Virus record (IMG/VR): IMGVR_UViG_3300028840_006907 | Location: 64,001 to 128,000 of that record | Origin: a virus | DNA length: 64,000 nt | Strand: one strand, 5' to 3' | Shown here: positions 10,573 through 20,045 of the stretch, in pieces | Layout: every line of letters begins with the position of its first letter | Numbering within the stretch: position 1 is the stretch's first letter | Notes under the pieces: model-generated | Databases searched by the model: none | What the model saw: only the letters and a program-made list of their open reading frames with translations | Told to the model about the DNA's origin: nothing | Position numbers and translations under genes: made by a program

Positions 10573-10976
10573 GTTTCTTCGTGCTTTAAAGGAAAAAATA
10601 AAACCAGCAAATCCTACTCGTAGAAGTACTGTGATTAAATATTTAATGAGTCACCCTTTTGATAAACACACAAAATTAATCCCATTTGATAAATATTTAA
10701 AAAATATCCGGAAAAAGCATTCATGAAATGTCCCTTTATATAGAAGGAGATTGTCATGAATGTAATAAAACTAGAAGACTGCAGGAAATATTTCAAAGAT
10801 GAAGGAAATTTTAGGAAATTTGTGGAAACTTTTGGAAATTTTTTTAAAAAAGTTTCTCTTATCTTATCCTTGGTGATGATATTATAGGCACAACTTTAAC
10901 TCCTGAGTCCACCAAGGAATATATTATCGAAAGAATTTTAAAGAGGGAAGATATCCTGATAAAGGTTATAGAGGAG

Positions 10977-11540
10977 TTATAGGGATTTATTTGCGTGTGG
11001 AAAAGGTTTAACCACAATTTCTCGATCCAGGAACTTGCACAATGTTGCATATTTATTTTTATCTTCAATATCTATGAGTAGGAATCGGGGTTTGTCTTTG
11101 AAGAACTCTATGATTTCTTCATTCCTCTTATGGTATCGATCTATTATTTCAGCTTTGTTCTCTGGAATAAATTCAATCTTCCATATCCAGTTATACATGA
11201 CTTGTGCATTTTTTAATTGAATCCAATTTAAAACTGAGTTAAACCATTTCTCGGGATCCCGGGTCAAATGAATGAAGTAGGCATCGGGGAACATATCATA
11301 GAGCATTTCATGACTCCCTTCTAAATTGAAAGGGATATCACAAAATAAATTGGCTGTATATTTTCTTAATCGAAAAGCTTTAAAAAGTTGAATCATATTT
11401 TCTTTGGAATGTTTAAGTCCACCTCCAAGATAGAGTCCATATGCTTTAGTAGAGGGAATAGGGTTGAAACCAAGCTTTTTTATGGCTTGTTCCATAGAGG
11501 TTGTACCGGTTTTATTTGAGCCTATACAAAAGACTTTCAT
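10977..11540 (-). CDS. sulfotransferase-family protein
   Basis: N-terminal GSNKTGTTS P-loop-like motif typical of sulfotransferases. Confidence 0.45.
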   Translation of the reverse strand: MKVFCIGSNKTGTTSMEQAIKKLGFNPIPSTKAYGLYLGGGLKHSKENMIQLFKAFRLRKYTANLFCDIPFNLEGSHEMLYDMFPDAYFIHLTRDPEKWFNSVLNWIQLKNAQVMYNWIWKIEFIPENKAEIIDRYHKRNEEIIEFFKDKPRFLLIDIEDKNKYATLCKFLDREIVVKPFPHANKSL

Positions 11541-11617
11541 TTATGTATGATCTTTTTCCCATCTTGCTCTGAACGATTCACTTTCTTCTTCTATCCATTT
11601 ATGGATTGTGTCATCAT

Positions 11618-11983
11618 TCACGTGGTTACCGGCTTCTCTTTCTTTTTTAAGGTGCTTCTCAATTTCCTTGATCTGGTCTTGCATAAATTCTTTTTGTCGT
11701 CCCATTCTTCCAGACCTCCCTTATTGAGAGTATCATTTTTAAGCGTTAAGTTCAAGTCTCTTAATGACATACATGGAACATCCCGTACTCGTTTGGAGTT
11801 CCATATAGGGCATACAGTATGATTACACCTATTAGGACCTAACCTACACTCGACATTAAAATGTCCAGGTTCTCCGGCATAGAGGAAATTTCGTTCTATG
11901 CAGTGCGCCTGGAATACCTGAAAAGGCATTATCTTTTCGACACTTACCCCGTTTTTATGTGATTTATTATTCATATTTTTCAT
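11618..11983 (-). CDS. hypothetical Cys/His-containing protein
   Basis: ORF-track start at 12127 lies inside the repeat array; trimmed to internal Met at 11983. Confidence 0.3.
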   Translation of the reverse strand: MKNMNNKSHKNGVSVEKIMPFQVFQAHCIERNFLYAGEPGHFNVECRLGPNRCNHTVCPIWNSKRVRDVPCMSLRDLNLTLKNDTLNKGGLEEWDDKKNLCKTRSRKLRSTLKKKEKPVTT

Positions 11984-12019
11984 TCTAGGAATGTAAAGTA
12001 TTAGAGGATTATTAAGGGG

Positions 12020-15018
12020 AGGGAAACCCCGCTCAGATGCAGGGAAGAAGATTTCATTAAGAAGTTTTAGGAAGAGCCCCGCAGAGGAGGAACCTCGCAA
12101 GATGCGGGGAAAAGGAACTTCAGGCAATTGGCTGGGATTAGCCCCGCGAAGGTGCGGGGAAAACAGTTTCCATGAACTATATTAGGGAGAGCCCCGTTGA
12201 CACGGGGAAAAACCCGTCTTTACTTAGTGAGATCGAGGAAGGAACAGCCCCGTTGATACGGGGATAAAATAATATGACTTTTACGAATCCTCTAGGGACA
12301 GCCCTGCAGAGTGCAGGGAAAAGTAACGTCTGGGAATTGTTTAGGATTAGCCCCGCGAAGGTGCGGGGAAAGCCATAGATTTTATATTGACACAGGAAAA
12401 ACCCCGGTATAGTCCGGGGAAAAGTACGTAATCAAGATGTAAGAGGATTAGACCCGGCGAGTCCGGGAAAAGATTGGCCCAATCACTATTAAGTAGGGTG
12501 GGATAGCCCCGCAGAATGCAGGGAATAGATGCCTCACTTCATACCACTGCGTCAACCCCAGTAGAGTCCGGGGAACATGAGTGTAAATCTCTGTCGTAGG
12601 TTCAACCCCGGAGAGATCCAGGGGAAATGGGTACAACTTTGTGTACAAGGGGTAGCCCCGGAGAAATCCGAGGAAAATGAGTGTAAATCTGTGTTGAGGG
12701 TCCAGCCCCGCTCAGTGCAGGGAATATTAAGGGTCAAAACCGGTTGCCCCTGCGTCAACCCCGGTGAAGTCCGGGGAACATGAGTGTAAATCTCTGTGGT
12801 AGGATCAACCCCGCAGAGTGCAGGGAAAAATTGAACTTTTTAATCAACCCTGTAACAGCCCCGGAGTCAGTTTTGACAAGTCCGGGGGAATATCACTTCG
12901 TAAAGGAGTGGCTGTCAAGGGGGCAACCCCACAGAGATGTGGGGGAAAGTAAGCCAACGTTCCGGCATAGGCATAGCCCCTGAATTTACAGAGGGCAATT
13001 TTTCCAGTGTCCAGAAGAAGATGCAGGGAGAACCCCGGAAAGTCCAGGGGAAAATGTGTCACAGAACAACTCTTTGTGATCTCCAGGGTGAACCTCGCAG
13101 AGGTGCGGGGGAAAAGTGTCAATGAATACCAGTATGAGTCAGCCCCGGTATAGCCCGGGAATAATTACTTCTAGTCTGATAGAAGGTGCAACCCCGGGAA
13201 GTCCGGGGAAATCGGTCATAGCCATCTGGACCAGGAAGAACCCCGGTGAGATCCGGGGAAAAGGACGTTTAAATCCTGACATAGTAGCTAACTGAGGCGT
13301 AGCTCCGGTCGGGTCAGCCCTGCAGAGAGCAGGGAACAAACATAGGTAATAAATCGGCACGTGACAGCCCCGCAGAGAGGCGGGGATATATAGCGTGAGT
13401 TGCAGGGTAAGGTTCAACCCTTGTTTACCAAGGGAAAAATACCGGCAGATAAGAATTTAGGATGACCCCCGGTGAAAGTCCGGGGAAAATAATTAATACG
13501 CAAAACAGCAGGGCCAGTCCCGCGAGATGCAGGGAATGTTCAGCCAGTTTGTGTAATATTTCAGGAGACGGTGGTGCAACCCTGTCAAGGACAGGGATAT
13601 GCAACATCTGTGGCTCTACGAGGATCAGCCCCGGCAAGTCCGGGGAATTATCTTTTTATAAATGCCAAAAATAACAGTTGGGAGGGGCCAATTCCGCTGA
13701 TGCAGAAAGACATTTCATAATTAATATATTTATGGAAGAGCCCCGGTGAAATCCGGGGAAGTCAAGTAATTACAGCTCGCTGACCACTGGGGGTAGCCCC
13801 GGTAAGATCCGGGGAAAAGTTTGTTTTGAAACAAACGCTAGGAACAGCCCCGCTCAGGTGCGGGAGAATCACTGCATATTTGGTTAATGGCCCCCCTGAG
13901 TCAATCCCGCTCAGGTGCGGGGAAAATAAAGAGATAGACTAATTCAATATGCAGGAAGAACCCCGCTATATGCAGGAAAATTTAAAAAGTATGGATATCT
14001 CCTTGAGTCAACCCCGGAGATCCAGGGAAATGTAGGCACTCGTTGTCCTTTGTCGAAGTGTGAAGGGCAAACCTCGTTGATACGAGGAACAAATTTAGTT
14101 TTACTTTTGAATAAAAGTGGTCAAGCCCCGCTCAGGTGCAGGGAATAGATAAGTATACCGACGATAGCCAGGACAGCACCTGTGGTTTAGCCCTGCATGT
14201 GCAGGGAATAGTTGAGTTGAAGATTGAAGAAAAAGATAAAGTAGGGTCAGCTCTGCATGTGCAGAGAATAGCCTTTCTTCAAGCGTTGACTTGGGAGTAG
14301 GTGGGGATCAGCCCTGCACATGCAGGGAATAGAATGGTGAATCAAATTCCATTTTGTCAAAGAACGGCGACAGCCCTGCCAGTGCAGGGAATATGATTTT
14401 AACGATGGTAAAATTGGGAAGGGGTCAGCCCTGCACATGCAGGGAATAGTCGCTAGTTCAAATCCAATCGCCCCGACAGGATCAGCCCTGCATACGCAGG
14501 GAATAGAAAATACTGACGATAAACTAGCGATATGGGATCAGCCCTGCATACGCAGGGATATAGCTTGACGAATGGCCGTTTTAATGCCAGGAGTAACCCC
14601 GCTGCGAGGAATAGTCATTTCAAATATATAGGTAAAGCCCCGCGAAAGAGCGGGGGTATAATATGGCGGATTTTGTTCTATTGGTGGAATCCGGGCCATC
14701 CCCGTAGATTGACACGGGGAGATCTTTTAGAAATCTACCAAGGTGCCTTTCCGGAGTCATCCCCGTATATACGGGGGAGATTTCAATTCAGGGAATTTCG
14801 GTACAAAATTGGTCGGTTTATCCCCGTATACACGGGGAATATTGTTTCAATAGGGCATAGCAGATCTAGGATCGGGGAATCCCCGCAGGGGCGGGGAACA
14901 TCTCGGATTTATTAATCAAATTCAAACGTTTTTCGGGGAATCCCCGCAGGGGCGGGGAACATTGTTTTAAGAGGTGGTAGTTACCTCGTAGGGGAATCCC
15001 CGCAGGGGCGGGGAACAT
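12020..15018 (-). CRISPR. CRISPR array 1: about 55 hairpin repeat units, three identical leader-proximal repeats, progressively divergent distal repeats
   Basis: Leader-proximal repeat (minus strand) ATGTTCCCCGCCCCTGCGGGGATTCCCC at 14874-14901, 14935-14962, 14991-15018 with 33- and 28-nt spacers; periodic CCCCGC/GCGGGG-type hairpins back to about 12020. Confidence 0.8.
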
Positions 15019-15127
15019 ACTAAGTCATAATGCCATTCAAATCAAAGGTTTATAGGAACCCTAATTTTCTACCAAAGAAAAATGTACTTGTCATGTATAA
15101 ATGTCAAAGAGCGTCAGAGAGAAATCC
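15019..15127 (-). promoter_or_regulatory. CRISPR leader 1 with conserved ~50-bp block shared with leader 2
   Basis: 15058-15112 nearly identical to 22627-22677; contains TTGACA on the minus strand. Confidence 0.5.
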
Positions 15128-17359
15128 CTAGTGGATATACCGAATCCATTCATATCGAATTTTCATCGTTTTATAAGGAGCTTTTTTTCTCCCTGGAAAT
15201 ATGTTTCCTTCAAAAAGGAAAAATTTTTGAACAATTTTAAATTCAGCGTTTGATGGTGTCAAGCTCTGTGGTGCATAATCCGAACGCCAGTAATTATTAC
15301 AATATATAAATTTTTCTTCTCTGTCTTTTTGTATAAGGCCCGGAAACACCACTAAAACTATCTTTTCGTTTTCAATAACAATATCCCCTTGATAAATAGC
15401 TATTTCTAAATCCAGACCATCCTGCTCTATCACACGAGCATATTTCGAGAGTTTCCCATCAATCTTTACTTTAGCTTTAGGGGGAATATCAAAAGTTATC
15501 CATTCACCTTTTATGTCCTTAATGCTTTGAATAGGTTTTTTAACTGGAATTTCTTGAAAGACATGATCTTGGTATTCTGCTTTTTTAAGGATTTCTCCAT
15601 CTTTTTCCATATTAAGCAATAAAGCCTTTTCCATGATGTCTTTAAGTTCATAGAGATCTTTTTCAGTTAAGGGCTCTTTTGTTCCGAATACGATGGAACC
15701 TACATTCTCTAATCGAGCGATTTTATCAAAACCCTGTTTCCGGACAAAGTCTATGGTAATATGTTCTATTTTTCTATTTCTTGAAAGTCTTATGATTCTT
15801 ACAAATTCAGTTTTAATTGTGTCTTTGAAATTATCAAAACTTAAATGATCTTCTACGTAGGGATGATACAAATCCGCTATAAGACTTAATAAAATTTCTA
15901 TGTCTTCAGGTTTATCCTGTTTACGGTTGTAATCATAAGCTTTAATAATTTCTTGTCTCATTTCCATTAATATATCAGGAGCCATTATTTCACTTAAACT
16001 GGTAGATCCTTTTTTGTCCCGATAAAAGGGAGCTGTTGGAAGTAAGGGAATCCTGATAGCAGCACAAAGTTCTGACATTACAATTGAGGTTAAGAACAAA
16101 TTCAATCTGTCTGAATATAATGCCCTGATATTATTACGTTCTTCTTTTTTAATAGGTGGAACATAAATGTATAACCATATTTTATCTTTTTTAGGGTAAC
16201 ATCTGAAAATACGAAACATTATTTGAGAGAAGGTCACCTGACTCTTTCCATAACTTGTATTATGTAAAACAGCAGCAGGAGGCCAATCATACCCTTCATA
16301 GAATATTCTGCAAGATACGGCGACCCAGTATTTTTTATGATTACGTCTCAATAACTCTCTATTTTTTTTCTGAGTTTCCGGTGTGACTAAATCCAGTACT
16401 TTGGACGCAGGATATATTTCGTGAATAGCTTTTAAATATTTTTTAAGGGTTCCTTCCTCTCTGAACCGGTTCCCCATGTCAGGTAATATGACAATGTGTC
16501 TTTGATCTTTGTGCTCTTTCATATATCTAATGATCTGAGTAAGGGGATCTTTCCTATAGTGAGTGAAACGGAAATTGAATTCTTTGATTTTTATGATTGA
16601 GAGATAGTCATTTAATGGGATAACCCATTTTTCAAAATGATGTTTATAAGCATTGGGGACTATTTCTCCTCTGTCTGTGCGGTGGTAAGTAGCTGTATAA
16701 AAATTTACGTTACAAGTAGGTTCATGGATGGTACATACATCTCTGACAAAATCACCCAAATGAGTGGAATCTAGTGGGGTTGATTTTGAATGATGGCATT
16801 CATCTACATGTACAGTTAAATTTCTAAGGGCTTTCTTTTTTTCATAGTTGGTTAATTTTTCCCAGGTCATGACAAACCCTCTATGGGTAGCTGTAGCAAT
16901 AGGGCCTGTTATATGTTTTTCATTGTACGGGTATTTTCGAGGATCTGCTAAAAGGAATTCTTTAAGTCCTTTAATGGATTGAGGGTTTTCACTATTGAAT
17001 TTATGTTCTTTTGGTACTTCCCACAATCTTACCATACCTTTATATTTGATTTTTATTTGTCTATTTTGGGATCTGCAGAAATTTTCACCTATTTCTATTG
17101 TTGGTGCGATAAAGATATGTTTTCGAGTATTTTTAGATATTATGATTTCATCCAGGGATATGCATACTGCTAAAAAAGTTTTGCCGACTCCCCCTGGTGC
17201 ATCAAAGATCATGTATCTGAATTTTTTCCCATATTCTTTTGCATTGCATTGCCAGCCAGAGGGTATCATGATCCCTGATTCAAGTTTTTTATTATAGGTA
17301 CCAAGGTCAACCGGTTCTATTTTAATAGATTGCTGGAAAAGCGGTAATAGCTTTTTCAT
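15128..17359 (-). CDS. SF2 helicase, Cas3-like helicase module without HD nuclease domain
   Basis: Walker A DAPGGVGKT and DECHH box; in-frame stop 18 codons upstream excludes an N-terminal extension; no HD dipeptide. Confidence 0.6.
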   Translation of the reverse strand: MKKLLPLFQQSIKIEPVDLGTYNKKLESGIMIPSGWQCNAKEYGKKFRYMIFDAPGGVGKTFLAVCISLDEIIISKNTRKHIFIAPTIEIGENFCRSQNRQIKIKYKGMVRLWEVPKEHKFNSENPQSIKGLKEFLLADPRKYPYNEKHITGPIATATHRGFVMTWEKLTNYEKKKALRNLTVHVDECHHSKSTPLDSTHLGDFVRDVCTIHEPTCNVNFYTATYHRTDRGEIVPNAYKHHFEKWVIPLNDYLSIIKIKEFNFRFTHYRKDPLTQIIRYMKEHKDQRHIVILPDMGNRFREEGTLKKYLKAIHEIYPASKVLDLVTPETQKKNRELLRRNHKKYWVAVSCRIFYEGYDWPPAAVLHNTSYGKSQVTFSQIMFRIFRCYPKKDKIWLYIYVPPIKKEERNNIRALYSDRLNLFLTSIVMSELCAAIRIPLLPTAPFYRDKKGSTSLSEIMAPDILMEMRQEIIKAYDYNRKQDKPEDIEILLSLIADLYHPYVEDHLSFDNFKDTIKTEFVRIIRLSRNRKIEHITIDFVRKQGFDKIARLENVGSIVFGTKEPLTEKDLYELKDIMEKALLLNMEKDGEILKKAEYQDHVFQEIPVKKPIQSIKDIKGEWITFDIPPKAKVKIDGKLSKYARVIEQDGLDLEIAIYQGDIVIENEKIVLVVFPGLIQKDREEKFIYCNNYWRSDYAPQSLTPSNAEFKIVQKFFLFEGNIFPGRKKAPYKTMKIRYEWIRYIH

Positions 17360-17382
17360 TGTCTTTTTCCTCTCAAATAAGT

Positions 17383-17412
17383 CCTGGAAAGCCTTTTCAG
17401 GGGCTTTCCAGG
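17383..17412 (-). other. 11-bp stem-loop between micro-ORF and helicase gene
   Basis: CCTGGAAAGCC / GGCTTTCCAGG inverted repeat with 8-nt loop, about 25 nt upstream of helicase ATG. Confidence 0.4.
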
Positions 17413-17444
17413 ATTAATGTACTGTGTATTCTATATCAACACTT

Positions 17445-17600
17445 TCAATCGTTTTTATCAATCTCCGTGGCTAATACCGACATAAATGACATTCCGGTTC
17501 CTCCTGGTAATTCAATAATAGAAGGTCTTTTGATGTTCTCTTCTAAATTCCTAGAAGCGAGTTGCCAAGAATAGGCTTTTATAGTTTTTGTATTATTCAT
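17445..17600 (-). CDS. micro-ORF (51 aa) between cas6e and helicase
   Basis: GGAGAT 8 nt upstream of ATG at 17600; no known motif. Confidence 0.25.
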   Translation of the reverse strand: MNNTKTIKAYSWQLASRNLEENIKRPSIIELPGGTGMSFMSVLATEIDKND

Positions 17601-17628
17601 TTTAAAATCTCCATATAAAAGGTTTATT

Positions 17629-18273
17629 TTAATAAGATTTATACGGTGCAATAAGCATCATACCACATCCGAAACCTTTACTCTTACCAATTCCATTATA
17701 AATAGTATTCACAAAAAGATTTTTATTGACTACCTGAAGGACTCCTCGTAAATCAATACTGAAAAAAGATACAACTTTACCATCTTTTTTTTTGAATTTA
17801 CAGAATTGAAAAGATTGAACGGAATGCTTTTGAATCATATTTTTAAAACCGTAACTTTGGCCACGTTTCTGAAGCCAATTCTTTGAGGATTCGTGAGCAA
17901 TGAAATTCCAATTATAGGGTTCATCAAGAACTTTCATTTCATTTGCCAGATCCGTCATGATTGAAACCTTTTTCCTGGTTTTCAATTTACAAACTTCGGC
18001 ATTGAGTCTGAGATCGTATTGAAGAAATATTCCAGATTTTAAATTATTTAAATCGAATACTTTTGTTTGTGTAGTGTATTCGTCCTCTGGAGGATTTGGT
18101 TTCTTTTTTGATATGATATAAAGTTCACCATTATAGAGATAATAAAGGAAATCTCTTACCCTGTTAGATCTTTGATCACCAAAAAATTCCCAGACTTTTT
18201 GATGAAGCTCATATATACCTTCGGTGGGAGAATATCTTCTCAAGCTGTCACTGTAAATTTTACTCAGAAACAT
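17629..18273 (-). CDS. cas6e: Cas6e (CasE) endoribonuclease
   Basis: Start set at internal Met (GGAGG RBS); MFLSKIY N-terminus and C-terminal GIGKSKGFGCGMM resemble E. coli CasE. Confidence 0.75.
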   Translation of the reverse strand: MFLSKIYSDSLRRYSPTEGIYELHQKVWEFFGDQRSNRVRDFLYYLYNGELYIISKKKPNPPEDEYTTQTKVFDLNNLKSGIFLQYDLRLNAEVCKLKTRKKVSIMTDLANEMKVLDEPYNWNFIAHESSKNWLQKRGQSYGFKNMIQKHSVQSFQFCKFKKKDGKVVSFFSIDLRGVLQVVNKNLFVNTIYNGIGKSKGFGCGMMLIAPYKSY

Positions 18274-18910
18274 TCGATACCTCCTTCCATCCCATATACT
18301 CAATTCGGGATCGGTATTGTTTGGGACCGGTTACCTGATCAAAACGTTGATTGCTTTTTACTATTTTGATACTGGTATCGGTACCTTCCCAAAATATTCG
18401 GTTCTTTTCACGCCCTTTAAGACTACCATTAAGAAATTCAGGAAGAGAGTACTGTTCAAACGCCTCTGAGAGGCTCTCAGCCTTAACGATCTTAGGATCG
18501 GGTGGTATGTCATAGGAACAGCATTTCCTTCCAAGAAAGGGGGTATAGATGGGCCTATTAAGGGCTTCCATTATTTTCTTCAAAGTATAGGGACAGTTTT
18601 CATTCTCCCATATACATACGGTAAAGATGGCATTGACTAGGTAAAATCTATTCGAGACAATTCCTGGTCCGACTCTGACAATATGGAAATCTTTTAGAAT
18701 AGTACCAGGATTATCTTCCCTACAGGCAAATCCTAGTTGGGCAATCTGAGTTAATTCTTTCACCATTTCTCTTGAGACTCCAAGAGAAGCAGCGATTAAC
18801 CCGCTTACGCCAGATTTGGTAGGGTGATCATCTGTCTTTCGGGTATTACCCTGAAGGGGGAGACCCCAGGCGGATAGAGTACCCGAAAGAAGGAATAATA
18901 AATAATTCAT
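18260..18910 (-). CDS. cas5e: Cas5e (CasD)
   Basis: MNYLLFLLSGTLSAWG and YTPFLGRK resemble E. coli CasD MRSYLILRLAGPMQAWG and YTPYLGRR. Confidence 0.8.
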   Translation of the reverse strand: MNYLLFLLSGTLSAWGLPLQGNTRKTDDHPTKSGVSGLIAASLGVSREMVKELTQIAQLGFACREDNPGTILKDFHIVRVGPGIVSNRFYLVNAIFTVCIWENENCPYTLKKIMEALNRPIYTPFLGRKCCSYDIPPDPKIVKAESLSEAFEQYSLPEFLNGSLKGREKNRIFWEGTDTSIKIVKSNQRFDQVTGPKQYRSRIEYMGWKEVSNVSE

Positions 18911-18933
18911 AATATTATAACTCCTGGTAACAA

Positions 18934-20019
18934 TTAGAAATCGATGAATTTAATAAGTTCGTTAAGTGATCCTTCTTTTGTGAGTACATTCAAGATCCTA
19001 TAATCCATTTCATGGTAACATGAATCAAAACTACTTTTCATGTCAAGAAGGGCTTTGACAGCATTTTCCATAACCGCAGGACCTTTAATAGGAGTATGGA
19101 AGGCTTGACAGAGACTTCGTGGGGCAGTTGGAGCTTTTTCGATCATAACGAATGCTGGCCATGTTTGACTATCAGCACATCTGTTTTTATTAGCTGAGGG
19201 GGATGAAGTGGTTAATACTTCGACTATCTGTCGGATGGTTTTGATAGCTAGTTCTTTATTACCTTGAAGATTTTTCGTTAAGAGCTTGGAATTGATTACA
19301 AAGAAACTATAATAGACACCCTGGGTAAAATAGAAATTATCTAGGTGACCTGAACCTTTGGTTCCTTCTAATCCAAGGTTATCGGTAGCTGTAAAATAGT
19401 CGGTTTGGACAGATCCTATATCATTGACAGTAAAAGCGAAATTTGAGGACAGTGAAGCTTCAACATCATATTGGGGCAGTTTTGCAATCATGCGACCGGT
19501 AAGGGCTGTTCTGATTCCTGTATTTTCTTTTAAAAAGAAGAATTCTTGATCAGTGGGTTTATGCCCCTCAATAATTTTGTCAATCAGTTCTTCAATATGT
19601 TGTCTTTCGCTCGGTTGAATTTTAATGGTTTCGGTTTTAAGAAGATCAACCTTTTTTTTCTTTTTCTTTGTATTTTTATCATCTTCTTTTTCAGTGTGCT
19701 TTTTGATATCAACAAAAGTACCAATAAATTTAAATGCGTATTCTTCAGCTTTTTTAGGTGATATTCCACCATCAATTAATCTTTTCTCGACATATTTTCC
19801 AATAAGAGGAGTCTGAAGACCTATATCGATTTCGCACCTTTCAAATAGAGCCTTGTTTAAATCATATTTTCGATTTTGTGAAGACGAATAACCTCGGTTG
19901 GTATCATTAAGTTTCATTGTTTTAGGACGTCCGTCCTGGCCTCGGTTTATGCTAGATACAGCTACACCAGTGAGAAGGTGAATTAACCAGTAGGGGTCTT
20001 TAATAATAGTTTTAGACAT
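18934..20019 (-). CDS. cas7e: Cas7e (CasC) backbone subunit
   Basis: 361 aa; N-terminal SSINRGQDG...SSQ pattern like Cas7e SxLNRDD...SSQ. Confidence 0.75.
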   Translation of the reverse strand: MSKTIIKDPYWLIHLLTGVAVSSINRGQDGRPKTMKLNDTNRGYSSSQNRKYDLNKALFERCEIDIGLQTPLIGKYVEKRLIDGGISPKKAEEYAFKFIGTFVDIKKHTEKEDDKNTKKKKKKVDLLKTETIKIQPSERQHIEELIDKIIEGHKPTDQEFFFLKENTGIRTALTGRMIAKLPQYDVEASLSSNFAFTVNDIGSVQTDYFTATDNLGLEGTKGSGHLDNFYFTQGVYYSFFVINSKLLTKNLQGNKELAIKTIRQIVEVLTTSSPSANKNRCADSQTWPAFVMIEKAPTAPRSLCQAFHTPIKGPAVMENAVKALLDMKSSFDSCYHEMDYRILNVLTKEGSLNELIKFIDF

Positions 20020-20045
20020 AAATACTCCTTGATATTTATTATTTA

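Noticed and set aside
10795-10845. Four GGAAAYTTT direct repeats as iterons or an origin-like element
   Set aside because: They fall inside a plausible 43-codon ORF with a good RBS (10756 onward) and may be coding repetition; only four short copies.
11547-12127. Plus-strand ORF 11547-11822 and the full-length minus ORF 11618-12127
   Set aside because: The plus ORF is antisense to the retained minus-strand gene; the 5' 144 nt of the minus ORF run into array-1 repeats, so the start was trimmed.
12448-14915. Ten ORF-track ORFs of 60-130 aa on both strands inside array 1
   Set aside because: They lie wholly within the GC-rich repeat array and their translations simply repeat hairpin-encoded motifs (for example two ORFs both starting MSVNLC); artefacts of periodic sequence.
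15128-17359. Possibility that the helicase is a complete Cas3 with a missed N-terminal HD domain
   Set aside because: An in-frame stop lies 18 codons upstream of the ATG and the protein contains no HD dipeptide.
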